Positions 1 through 9,794 of a DNA stretch of 64,000 nucleotides are shown one piece after another. The position numbers were made by a program, and so were the translations under genes. The first letter of the stretch is position 1. Each line of letters opens with the position of its first letter. The notes beneath the pieces are model-generated. The model was given only the letters and a program-made list of their open reading frames with translations. It was not told the origin of the DNA and made no database searches. The DNA is from Bacteroidales bacterium (GTDB lineage: Bacteria > Bacteroidota > Bacteroidia > Bacteroidales > PWNQ01). The DNA is taken from NCBI GenBank assembly GCA_021738505.1, contig JAIPBW010000003.1:4063-68062 (forward strand), read 5' to 3'.

Positions 1-193
1 TTCGCGTCATCTTTAGTCATTTGCACTTCGCGCGTCATCTTGCTTTACTATATTCTAAGTCATTTACTTCAGTGCTTTCTGAGACGGTTATATTTGACAG
101 CAGCCGGACACACAGGAGTATAGAAAATGACTATTAATGACAATAAATGACATTGTTTTCCTTGCAATATCCAGCTCGCCCATCCCCTGATCA
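1..193. repeat. Copy A (partial) of ~350-bp AATGAC-array intergenic element
   Basis: 1-193 aligns by eye with 9306-9537 and with the reverse complement of 42774-43130; three AATGAC units at 126, 136, 146; left end runs off the window; similarity is lost after ~193. Confidence 0.93.
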
Positions 194-245
194 AATAAAG
201 CACTGCTTTCCTGCAACTTATACTTTCATCGCAAATTACAGGGCA

Positions 246-253
246 CAAAGATA
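246..253 (-). promoter_or_regulatory. Putative Bacteroidota sigma-A -7 element (TATCTTTG) pointing leftwards into repeat copy A
   Basis: Reverse complement of caaagata matches TAnnTTTG; no clear -33 TTTG at canonical spacing. Confidence 0.4.
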
Positions 254-310
254 ATCAAATCCTCAAAGTTCCGAATCAATACAATGAAATGAAATTTTTT
301 GCACCAACTT

Positions 311-1954
<1,644 letters not shown>

Positions 1955-2221
1955 TTAGATTCCGCTTCGCAAAATACAAAAAATATGATCGCTGTTAATT
2001 ATCGCTTATAAAGATTTTTAAACAAGCCTCATTTTTCCAGGAACAAAACGATTCAATCCTCTGGTTGGTATATTACTGGTTCCGTTTTTTCTGGCAAAAG
2101 AGCGTGATAAAGAAATAAATAAATACAAATTTTAATCTCATTCTCACGATTTGAATAATAATTGGAGGACCCTGTTTAGTTATTATTTTTTTAGTGCTAT
2201 AATGAACGACTTGCAAAAAAC

Positions 2222-2295
2222 ATTATCTTTGCACCTTATTACAAAAAAAATTAATGAATTTTGGTTGGCAATTATAAAAAGTATTATCTTTGCAC
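2222..2295 (+). promoter_or_regulatory. Tandem sigma-A promoters upstream of rpsO
   Basis: ATTATCTTTGCAC occurs twice (TAnnTTTG at 2224 and 2285); the second has TTTG at 2260-2263, a 21-bp spacer. Confidence 0.7.
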
Positions 2296-2340
2296 TCCAT
2301 TTGAAAGAATCAACAATTCTAATTATTAAGACAGAAGCTT

Positions 2341-2610
2341 ATGTATCTGACAAAAGAATTTAAGAAAGAAATATTTAAAAAATACAACTCTTCCGAGGAA
2401 AACACTGGATCACCGGAAGGTCAGATTGCGTTGTTTACATCACGCATTAAACATTTGACCGAACACCTGAAGGAAAACAAAAAAGACAAAAATACAGAAC
2501 GTTCTCTTGTCCGCCTGGTAGGAAAAAGAAGAAGACTACTTGACTATCTTAAAGACAATGATATTGAGAGATACCGTAATATTATCAAAGAATTAGGCAT
2601 TCGTAAGTAA
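2341..2610 (+). CDS. rpsO: 30S ribosomal protein S15
   Basis: NTGSPEGQIALFTSRIKHLTEHL, LVGKRRRLLDYL; 89 aa; precedes pnp. Confidence 0.99.
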   Translation: MYLTKEFKKEIFKKYNSSEENTGSPEGQIALFTSRIKHLTEHLKENKKDKNTERSLVRLVGKRRRLLDYLKDNDIERYRNIIKELGIRK

Positions 2611-2630
2611 AACGACACATAATATTATAA

Positions 2631-2670
2631 TAGAAAAAAGGCTGTCCTGCAAGGCAGCCTTTTTTTCTAT
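2631..2670 (+). terminator. Intrinsic terminator after rpsO
   Basis: aaaaaaggctgtc-ctgcaa-ggcagcc followed by a T run. Confidence 0.85.
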
Positions 2671-2816
2671 CATCCTGCCCTATATTCCAATACATTTAAA
2701 ATGCCGGTTTTATTTCTAATCCGGCATAATAGATTGGAGAATTTGCATTACCTTTGTATTCAACAAGAAATAAAAACGTGTCAAAAGAGTAGTACACATA
2801 ATTTAATTAAAGAAGT

Positions 2817-4964
2817 ATGACCAAAATTGGTATTCAAGAAACATTTCATTTAGGAGACGGTGCGTCCACGACGCTTGAAACCGGAAAATTAGCCAAACAG
2901 GCTGATGGGTCAGTCGTAGTAACACATGGCGACACCATGTTGCTGGCCACTGTAGTATCAAAAAAAGAAGTAAACAAAGACGTAAATTTCTTACCTCTAA
3001 CCGTAGATTACAAAGAAAAATATGCTGCTGCGGGACGCTTCCCGGGCGGATTTTTCAAACGTGAGGCTCGCCCTTCAGAATATGAGATTCTTATCTCACG
3101 CCTCATCGACCGCGCCCTTCGTCCTTTATTCCCCGATGATTATCGCGCGGAAACACAAGTCTTAGTATCTCTGATCTCCGCAGGTAAAGATATCTCTCCT
3201 GACGCTTATGCTTGTCTAGCTGCCTCAGCGGCAATTCAGGTATCGGATATTCCAATCGAGATGCCCATCTCCGAAGTAAGAGTTGCTCAAATTGATGACA
3301 AATTTGTAATCAACCCCTTGCGCTCGGAACTGGAAAACGCAACCTTAGAGCTCATCGTAGCCGGAACTATGGAGAATGTCAACATGGTTGAAGGTGAGAT
3401 GCAAGAAGCCTCTGAAGAGACCATGATGGAAGCCATCAAAGCGGCTCATGCAGCTATTAAAGTACAATGCCAGGCTCAGATCGAACTGCGGAAGAAAACA
3501 GAAAACGAAAAAGGGGAAATCACCATCCGTGAATATGAGCATCCCGAACAAGATGAAGAGCTGGAAAAGAAAATATGGGAAAGCACCTATGATAAAGCTT
3601 ACGAAATAGCTTCCGCCAATATCACCGACAAACATGAAAGATCGGAAAAATTTAGTGCGATCATTGATGAGTTTATCGAATCCATGTCCGAAGAGGAACA
3701 GGAAGAAAAAGCATCATTGGCAAAACACTACTTTCATGATGTGCAAAAAGATGCCATCCGCAACATGGTATTGGATAAACGAACACGCTTAGACGGCAGA
3801 AAACTGGATGAGATTCGTCCGATATGGTCTGAAGTAGATTATCTGCCCGCAGCTCACGGCTCTGCCGTTTTCACCCGCGGAGAAACACAATCCCTTTCTA
3901 CGGTAACATTGGGCTCTAAGCTTGATGAGCAAGTCATTGACGGTGCTATTATCGAAGAAAAACAAGATTTCATCCTTCATTATAACTTTCCTCCTTTCTC
4001 TACAGGAGAAGTTAAACGTATGATGGGTACCAGTCGTCGTGAACACGGTCACGGAAACCTTGCTCTTCGTGCACTTAAGCCTATCATGCCTGCTTCAGAA
4101 GACAATCCTTACACTATCCGGATTGTATCTGACATTTTGGAATCCAACGGATCATCATCAATGGCTACGGTTTGTGCCGGTACACTTGCTTTGATGGATG
4201 CCGGAGTGAAAATCCAAAAACCGGTTTCCGGTATTGCAATGGGACTCATTGCAGATGCCAAATCAGACAATTATGCTGTCCTTTCTGATATCCTGGGCGA
4301 TGAAGACCATCTTGGAGATATGGACTTTAAGGTTACAGGTACCCGGGACGGAATAACAGCATGCCAAATGGACATCAAAGTAGATGGCCTTTCCTATAAA
4401 GTCATGGGAGAAGCTTTAGAACAAGCGAAAGCCGGCCGTATGCATATCCTGGATAAGATGACGGAAACGATTGAAAAACCACGGGAAGATTATAAAGATT
4501 TTGTGCCGAGAATTGAATCTCTAATTATTGCTAAAGAATTTATTGGCGCTATTATCGGACCCGGAGGAAAAGTAATTCAGGAAATTCAAAATGAAACCAA
4601 CACAACAATTACAATTGAAGAAGTTGGTGAATTTGGCCATATAGATATCATGTCTCCTGATAAGGAGTCTATTGATCAGGCCAAAGAAAGAATTCGCCTG
4701 TTAACAACTGTACCCGAAGTTGGTGAAGTATACACCGGTAAAGTGAAAAACGTTGTTGCTTTTGGTGCTTTTGTTGAAATACTTCCCGGAAAAGAAGGCT
4801 TATTGCACATCAGCGAGCTTGAATGGCACCGTGTAAACAATGTGGAAGACATTCTTAAAGTTGGTGATGAAGTACAAGTAAAACTTATTGAAGTAGACAA
4901 AAGAAGCGGAAAACTTAAGCTTTCCCGCAAAGCTCTTCTGCCAAAACCTGAAAAGGACAAGTAG
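2817..4964 (+). CDS. pnp: Polyribonucleotide nucleotidyltransferase (PNPase)
   Basis: Two RNase PH domains ([26 protein letters not shown]), KH GPGG, C-terminal S1. Confidence 0.99.
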   Translation: MTKIGIQETFHLGDGASTTLETGKLAKQADGSVVVTHGDTMLLATVVSKKEVNKDVNFLPLTVDYKEKYAAAGRFPGGFFKREARPSEYEILISRLIDRALRPLFPDDYRAETQVLVSLISAGKDISPDAYACLAASAAIQVSDIPIEMPISEVRVAQIDDKFVINPLRSELENATLELIVAGTMENVNMVEGEMQEASEETMMEAIKAAHAAIKVQCQAQIELRKKTENEKGEITIREYEHPEQDEELEKKIWESTYDKAYEIASANITDKHERSEKFSAIIDEFIESMSEEEQEEKASLAKHYFHDVQKDAIRNMVLDKRTRLDGRKLDEIRPIWSEVDYLPAAHGSAVFTRGETQSLSTVTLGSKLDEQVIDGAIIEEKQDFILHYNFPPFSTGEVKRMMGTSRREHGHGNLALRALKPIMPASEDNPYTIRIVSDILESNGSSSMATVCAGTLALMDAGVKIQKPVSGIAMGLIADAKSDNYAVLSDILGDEDHLGDMDFKVTGTRDGITACQMDIKVDGLSYKVMGEALEQAKAGRMHILDKMTETIEKPREDYKDFVPRIESLIIAKEFIGAIIGPGGKVIQEIQNETNTTITIEEVGEFGHIDIMSPDKESIDQAKERIRLLTTVPEVGEVYTGKVKNVVAFGAFVEILPGKEGLLHISELEWHRVNNVEDILKVGDEVQVKLIEVDKRSGKLKLSRKALLPKPEKDK

Positions 4965-4997
4965 AATTCATATGATTAAATTTTATTAAATAGGTGT

Positions 4998-5188
4998 TAT
5001 GGAACTCACATGCAGTAGCCTAACTTTAATCATTTATCTGTGTGTTTAAGGCTATCATGTTCGTTTCATATGTCTAAATTGATTTTAATGGTACTATGTT
5101 TACCCCGTCATTTTTGCGGGGGAACCCCATGCTGTAGCTTAACTTTAGTCATCATCTTGTGTGCTTAAGGCAAACATGGAGGTTTCCT
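4998..5188. repeat. Two imperfect ~70-bp direct repeats (4998-5070, 5121-5188), each a long hairpin, separated by a spacer holding a CCCCG/CGGGG palindrome
   Basis: ggaactcacatgcagtagcctaactttaatcat...gtgtttaaggctatcatgttcgtttc versus ggaaccccatgctgtagcttaactttagtcat...gtgcttaaggcaaacatggaggtttc; period 120 bp. Confidence 0.85.
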
Positions 5189-5192
5189 TTAT

Positions 5193-5232
5193 AAAAAAAA
5201 GCACCTTTCCAAATCGGTTAGGTGCTTTTTTT
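5193..5232. terminator. Bidirectional intrinsic terminator between pnp and the convergent transporter gene
   Basis: A8-gcacct...aggtgc-T7. Confidence 0.85.
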
Positions 5233-5267
5233 GTTGCTAATCCACTGACTTTATTGTCAGAGGCATT

Positions 5268-6200
5268 TTACACGCCATATTCTTTACGGGCATACATTGA
5301 ATACAAGATGATAAATAAGGTAACGAAAACACTTAGCACAGCAGAAGGCATCGCTACTACTTCATCCTCAAAAAAGGTCATTGCCACAACGGCTGAAAAA
5401 GCAGAACTTTTGATAACCATCATTAAAGTTGAACTAATAATTCTTGACGTTTTCACCTTATTCGCTTTTAGTATTTTTCCATAAATAAAAGCCAGAACAA
5501 ACATGGCTATAATAAACACAAGCGAGGTATACAATAATATGTCCGGGTTGCTAAAAATTACATTTCTGCTCATTCCCACAATCGGTGTGATTACAATAAA
5601 AAAGCCCCATTTTACTACATAAGGTCTAATCTTATCTGTTGCCGGTACAATTTTGGGGTGTCGCAAAAATCTTGAAATGATCAAAGGGATCACAATAAGT
5701 TTCACCAGGATCATAAAAATTTCCATCGGGTCAATTATTGATTGACCGAGAAAAATCAACACTATGGCCGGAGCTAAAAACATAGCTACAATGTGCAATC
5801 CGAACACCCCGCTCACGGAAAAATTAATATCTCCTTTAAGCATGGTTGAGAAAGGTATTATCGATGGACCTGGCGGCGCCGCCGCTATCAAAACAAACCC
5901 GGCCCATAATAAAAAGTTTTCTTCTCCGGGAAAAATTAATTTCGATATTCCTATAACGATAAGTCCGAACAAAATATAATTAAGCAATACAGAAATACCG
6001 ATAGGGATTAGCGCGTTTTTTAACGGGATCCAGCTTTTAAATGTAAATCCTGATGTGGCAGCTATCATAACTATAGCTAAAGCATATAGTGAAATATCAG
6101 ACAAAAACTCAGTACCTTTACCAAAAATTAATCCTGAGACAATAGCTAAACTCAGGACAAAATCACGATGATTGACAATTTTACTTACTTTTTCTATCAT
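5268..6200 (-). CDS. Bile acid:sodium symporter (BASS/SBF) family membrane protein
   Basis: About 9-10 hydrophobic segments, LIAAAPPG crossover motif, GDINFSV; ATG at 6200 preferred over TTG at 6230. Confidence 0.75.
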   Translation of the reverse strand: MIEKVSKIVNHRDFVLSLAIVSGLIFGKGTEFLSDISLYALAIVMIAATSGFTFKSWIPLKNALIPIGISVLLNYILFGLIVIGISKLIFPGEENFLLWAGFVLIAAAPPGPSIIPFSTMLKGDINFSVSGVFGLHIVAMFLAPAIVLIFLGQSIIDPMEIFMILVKLIVIPLIISRFLRHPKIVPATDKIRPYVVKWGFFIVITPIVGMSRNVIFSNPDILLYTSLVFIIAMFVLAFIYGKILKANKVKTSRIISSTLMMVIKSSAFSAVVAMTFFEDEVVAMPSAVLSVFVTLFIILYSMYARKEYGV

Positions 6201-6256
6201 TCTGGGTATTTTTGTTCGTTGATTTAACAATTGATTTTAAATAAAGTTGACATTAT

Positions 6257-6985
6257 ATGCACTTGTTCTATCATTCAGATGCGGGTTTCTCTTCTTCATT
6301 CACTTTTAATAAAGAAGAGTCAGGACATATAGCCAAAGTGCTCCGGCTTAAACCCGGTGACACAATCCACCTGACAAATGGGTTAGGATATTTTTATCCG
6401 GCCGAAATCATAGAGGCCAACCCCAATAAAGTCCGAATTAATATTCTGGAAGAGAATCATCAGCCTCGCAGAGATTTTTTTATTCATATTGCATTGGCAC
6501 CAACGAAAAACATAAAACGTACCGAATGGTTTGTAGAAAAAGCAGTGGAAATAGGTATAGAAAAGATCAGCTTTTTTCACAGCCGGCATTCGGAGCGAGA
6601 CATCATAAAACCGGAACGGATCAGAAAAGTAGCCATTGCTGCTATGAAGCAATCCCAAAAAGCTTATTTACCTGACATTAACGACATATCAAGTTTTGAG
6701 AATGTATTAAATAATGCTGATGAATCGCACAAATGGATGGCTCACTGCAACAATAACAGCACAAGAACACAAATTGACTCTGTTAAAACAGGAGAAAGCC
6801 ACATTATATTAATAGGTCCCGAAGGAGGCTTTCACCCGGATGAAATAGCGGAAGCAGAGAAAAATGGGTTTACATCCATTGAACTTAGCCCCTATCGATT
6901 ACGAACAGAAACAGCAGCTTTAACAGCATGCCAGTGGCTGAATATTCAATATACTAAAGAGCTACTTAATCGTTTAAAGCTATAG
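6257..6985 (+). CDS. rsmE: 16S rRNA m3U1498 methyltransferase
   Basis: HIAKVLRL, EKAVEIG, AMKQS, IGPEGGF, RLRTETA. Confidence 0.97.
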   Translation: MHLFYHSDAGFSSSFTFNKEESGHIAKVLRLKPGDTIHLTNGLGYFYPAEIIEANPNKVRINILEENHQPRRDFFIHIALAPTKNIKRTEWFVEKAVEIGIEKISFFHSRHSERDIIKPERIRKVAIAAMKQSQKAYLPDINDISSFENVLNNADESHKWMAHCNNNSTRTQIDSVKTGESHIILIGPEGGFHPDEIAEAEKNGFTSIELSPYRLRTETAALTACQWLNIQYTKELLNRLKL

Positions 6986-7049
6986 AGAACGCAAAATCAT
7001 TCCGTATTTTGATAAATAGCTTTTACCTTTGCACATAAATAATAAATAA

Positions 7050-7709
7050 ATGAAAAAGCTACTCACAATAACCTTACTATTAATTGCCATAACAGCTTAT
7101 GCGCAAAATCAACCAGGCATAAAGATTGCCAGGCTAAAATATGAAGGTGGCGGCGACTGGTATGCAGACCCTACATCACTGACAAACCTAATTTCCTTCA
7201 GCAACCAAAACCTAAACACCAATATCGCCGGCAATTACGAAACAGTAGAAGTAGGCAGCAAGGAGATATTTCAATATCCGTTTGTTCATTTAACCGGCCA
7301 TGGTAATATTGTCCTTAGTCCCGGCGAAGCCGAAAACCTTCGCAAATACCTACTATCAGGAGGATTTCTACATATCGACGACAACTATGGATTAGATGAA
7401 TATATCCGTCCTGAAATGAAAAAAGTTTTCCCTGAACTTGAGTTTGTGGAATTACCTTATGGCCATCCCATTTATCATCAGAAATATGATTTTAACAATG
7501 GAACACCCAAAATCCATGAGCATGACGGAAAACCGGCTCAGGGATTCGGTTTAATCTATGAGGGCCGTCTGGTTTGTTACTATACATACGAAAGTGATCT
7601 GAGTGATGGCTGGGAAGACCCGGAAGTACATAATGATTCGGAAGAAACACGGCTAAAAGCGCTTCAAATGGGTGCAAACATTATACAATATGTCTTTATG
7701 AAGAATTGA
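7050..7709 (+). CDS. DUF4159 family exported protein
   Basis: Signal peptide; KYEGGGDWY, LTGHG, GGFLHIDDNYG, DLSDGWED. Confidence 0.88.
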   Translation: MKKLLTITLLLIAITAYAQNQPGIKIARLKYEGGGDWYADPTSLTNLISFSNQNLNTNIAGNYETVEVGSKEIFQYPFVHLTGHGNIVLSPGEAENLRKYLLSGGFLHIDDNYGLDEYIRPEMKKVFPELEFVELPYGHPIYHQKYDFNNGTPKIHEHDGKPAQGFGLIYEGRLVCYYTYESDLSDGWEDPEVHNDSEETRLKALQMGANIIQYVFMKN

Positions 7710-7903
7710 CAAATTCCAAATACCGAAATCCCCCTTCCCCTATCCCGCTGTATATCTGATTTTTAAACAACAAAGCTAAATAACAACGAAACACAAAAAC
7801 TTTTAGCACCCCATATTGTTGATATTATGACTAAACATTATTATATTTGTCCCCCAATTACAAAGTATGAAAACAATTTAAAAATTATTAAATCTTATTA
7901 GTT

Positions 7904-9172
7904 ATGAAAAGAATTTTAATTTCCGCAATTTTGCTTATTGCATTTGTGGGTGTACAGGCACAGACCATTAACGCCCCACAGATCAATGAAAAGCACAAAG
8001 AAAATGCAAAAAAAATTGAGAAAAAAGCCGATTCAAAAGCAGGTAGTTGGTTCGAACCAACATTGAATCTTTTGGATGACTTTTACGGAGGCAGTTATGA
8101 CAATGCTGTTACACTTTATTCAAATATTTTGTGGCCAGATTCAGCTGCAAAGTATTTAAGTAACGGGCCAACACATGCATGGTTAAATTCTATGGGTTTT
8201 GTTGTTGATCCTTATGCTGACTGGTATTCACAGGCAATTGACATTGACAATCAAAACGTAACGAACATCTCGCTCGACTCACTGTATATCGTGGGATGGT
8301 ACGAAAACGTAAATGGTGTATTTGAAGATACACTTGTTTTCGAGATTGTCGTTGATACAGCAACTACTCAGCCAGCTTTCTCTAACATTTTCTACACAGA
8401 CTCCAGCGCATTTTTCAGCGCTCCGAGAATGCAAGGAAGTAGCACATTAAAAGGTTTTGAAGCCCGTCTGACCGATCCGAATAAGTATGTTATCAAGCAT
8501 GTTCTTACGGACCAGGACTCAACTATGGGTGGTGGTAAAATTATGAATTTTGCCATTGAAGATTATATCCCATCAGGAATCAATATCAATCCTGAAGAGG
8601 TTGTAGGTATCAGCGCTACTTTCGTTCCCGGATACTCTTACTCTTTCGGAGACACTATTTTCGATTATGATGCCTCAACACCAGAAGCGTTAATGAATTC
8701 TATGCGTATCGGTTTCTATGCTACTGATGATGCACAAGCAAATCCGAATTTGTTCCTTGATCCTTATAATGATGCAGGTCATTACAACGGAACTTATATA
8801 ATTGAAACAGACGGACGTTATAGCCTTTACAGCTCACAGAGTCCATTAAACGACTGTATGCTCCCACAAACTTCATGGGGTATGTACATGGGTACTTACT
8901 TCGATTGGACAGTTGGTGTTGAAGAAAACAAAAACACCATGGAAATGAGCATTTATCCTAATCCTGTTGCAGATCAAATCAACATTTCTGTTGAGGATTA
9001 CAACAATGCTTCATTAGAAATTTATAACCTGTTAGGCGAAGTTGTTAAATCAGAAACGATTAACAGTGCTAACACAAATGTTAATGTTTCCGGATTAAAT
9101 AACGGTACTTACATTGTACGCGTTCTTAGCGGAGACAAAGTTGCTACACAAAAAGTTGTAATCAACAAATAA
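7904..9172 (+). CDS. Secreted protein with T9SS type A C-terminal sorting domain
   Basis: Signal peptide; C-terminal IYPNPV...IYNLLG...GTYIVRV...KVVINK; cargo domain not recognised. Confidence 0.9.
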   Translation: MKRILISAILLIAFVGVQAQTINAPQINEKHKENAKKIEKKADSKAGSWFEPTLNLLDDFYGGSYDNAVTLYSNILWPDSAAKYLSNGPTHAWLNSMGFVVDPYADWYSQAIDIDNQNVTNISLDSLYIVGWYENVNGVFEDTLVFEIVVDTATTQPAFSNIFYTDSSAFFSAPRMQGSSTLKGFEARLTDPNKYVIKHVLTDQDSTMGGGKIMNFAIEDYIPSGININPEEVVGISATFVPGYSYSFGDTIFDYDASTPEALMNSMRIGFYATDDAQANPNLFLDPYNDAGHYNGTYIIETDGRYSLYSSQSPLNDCMLPQTSWGMYMGTYFDWTVGVEENKNTMEMSIYPNPVADQINISVEDYNNASLEIYNLLGEVVKSETINSANTNVNVSGLNNGTYIVRVLSGDKVATQKVVINK

Positions 9173-9196
9173 TAAAACAATTTATTATCTCGAAAG

Positions 9197-9228
9197 AAAG
9201 CCTGCTTGCAAAAGCGGGCTTTTTTTTT
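9197..9228 (+). terminator. Intrinsic terminator
   Basis: aaagcctgct-tgcaaa-agcgggc followed by T9. Confidence 0.85.
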
Positions 9229-9237
9229 GCCCCGGAC

Positions 9238-9577
9238 TAAATTTTTCAAAATATTGATAATGGTATTATTATGTTTTCTTGCTTTTATCTCTTACTGTTA
9301 TTTGCTTCGCGTCATCTGTAGTCATTTGCGCTTCGCGCGTCATTTTGCTTTACTATGCTCTAAGTCATTTACTTAAGGGCTTTCTGAGACGGTTATTTTT
9401 GAGAGCATCCGGACACAGAAGTATAAAAAATGACCATTAATGACTACCAATGACCATCAATGACAACAAATGACTACTAATGACAATAAATGTCATTGTT
9501 TTCTTTGCATTATCCAAATCGTCCAGCCCTTTAATCATTCTCCTGTGTGCCGGACGCCGCGCCATGGAGGTTTCATA
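9238..9577. repeat. Copy B (full length) of ~350-bp AATGAC-array intergenic element
   Basis: Colinear with the reverse complement of 42774-43130; AATGAC at 9429, 9439, 9449, 9459, 9469, 9479 plus AATGTC at 9489. Confidence 0.95.
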
Positions 9578-9599
9578 ATGTATAAAAAAACCGGCTGAG

Positions 9600-9719
9600 G
9601 TCTGTTAAAAAAAGTCTGTTTAATCATAAGTCAGGATTATTGAAAAAGTCTTTAGGACAACAGGCAGAAGGTGGCAAGATGGAGCATGGTGAAACAAAAA
9701 GGCCTTTATGAACAAACAC
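9600..9719. repeat. Degenerate short element with imperfect terminal inverted repeats, related to the 52.2-kb element
   Basis: tgtttaatcataag (9617-9630) versus tttatgaacaaaca (9705-9718); both ends resemble the ends of 52200-52398. Confidence 0.5.
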
Positions 9720-9727
9720 AACCTTAT

Positions 9728-9762
9728 AAAAAAAGGCCACACTCAAAAAGAATGCAGCCTTT
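9728..9762 (-). terminator. Intrinsic terminator of gcvP
   Basis: Minus strand aggctgcattc-ttttt-gagtgtggcct (with G-U pairs) followed by a T run. Confidence 0.75.
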
Positions 9763-9794
9763 GTTAAACCTTAATTAAAAGCAAAGTCTAATAT

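Noticed and set aside
2295-2340. S15 autoregulatory leader RNA
   Set aside because: Plausible by position (short agaat/attct stem), but I cannot match it to a known model by eye.
4998-5188. Hairpin repeats as integron attC sites
   Set aside because: No RYYYAAC...GTTRRRY ends, no cassette ORFs between the units and no integrase.
9429-9495. AATGAC tandem units as a CRISPR array
   Set aside because: The period is 10 bp with 4-nt variable parts, far below CRISPR repeat/spacer sizes; no cas1/cas2 in the window.
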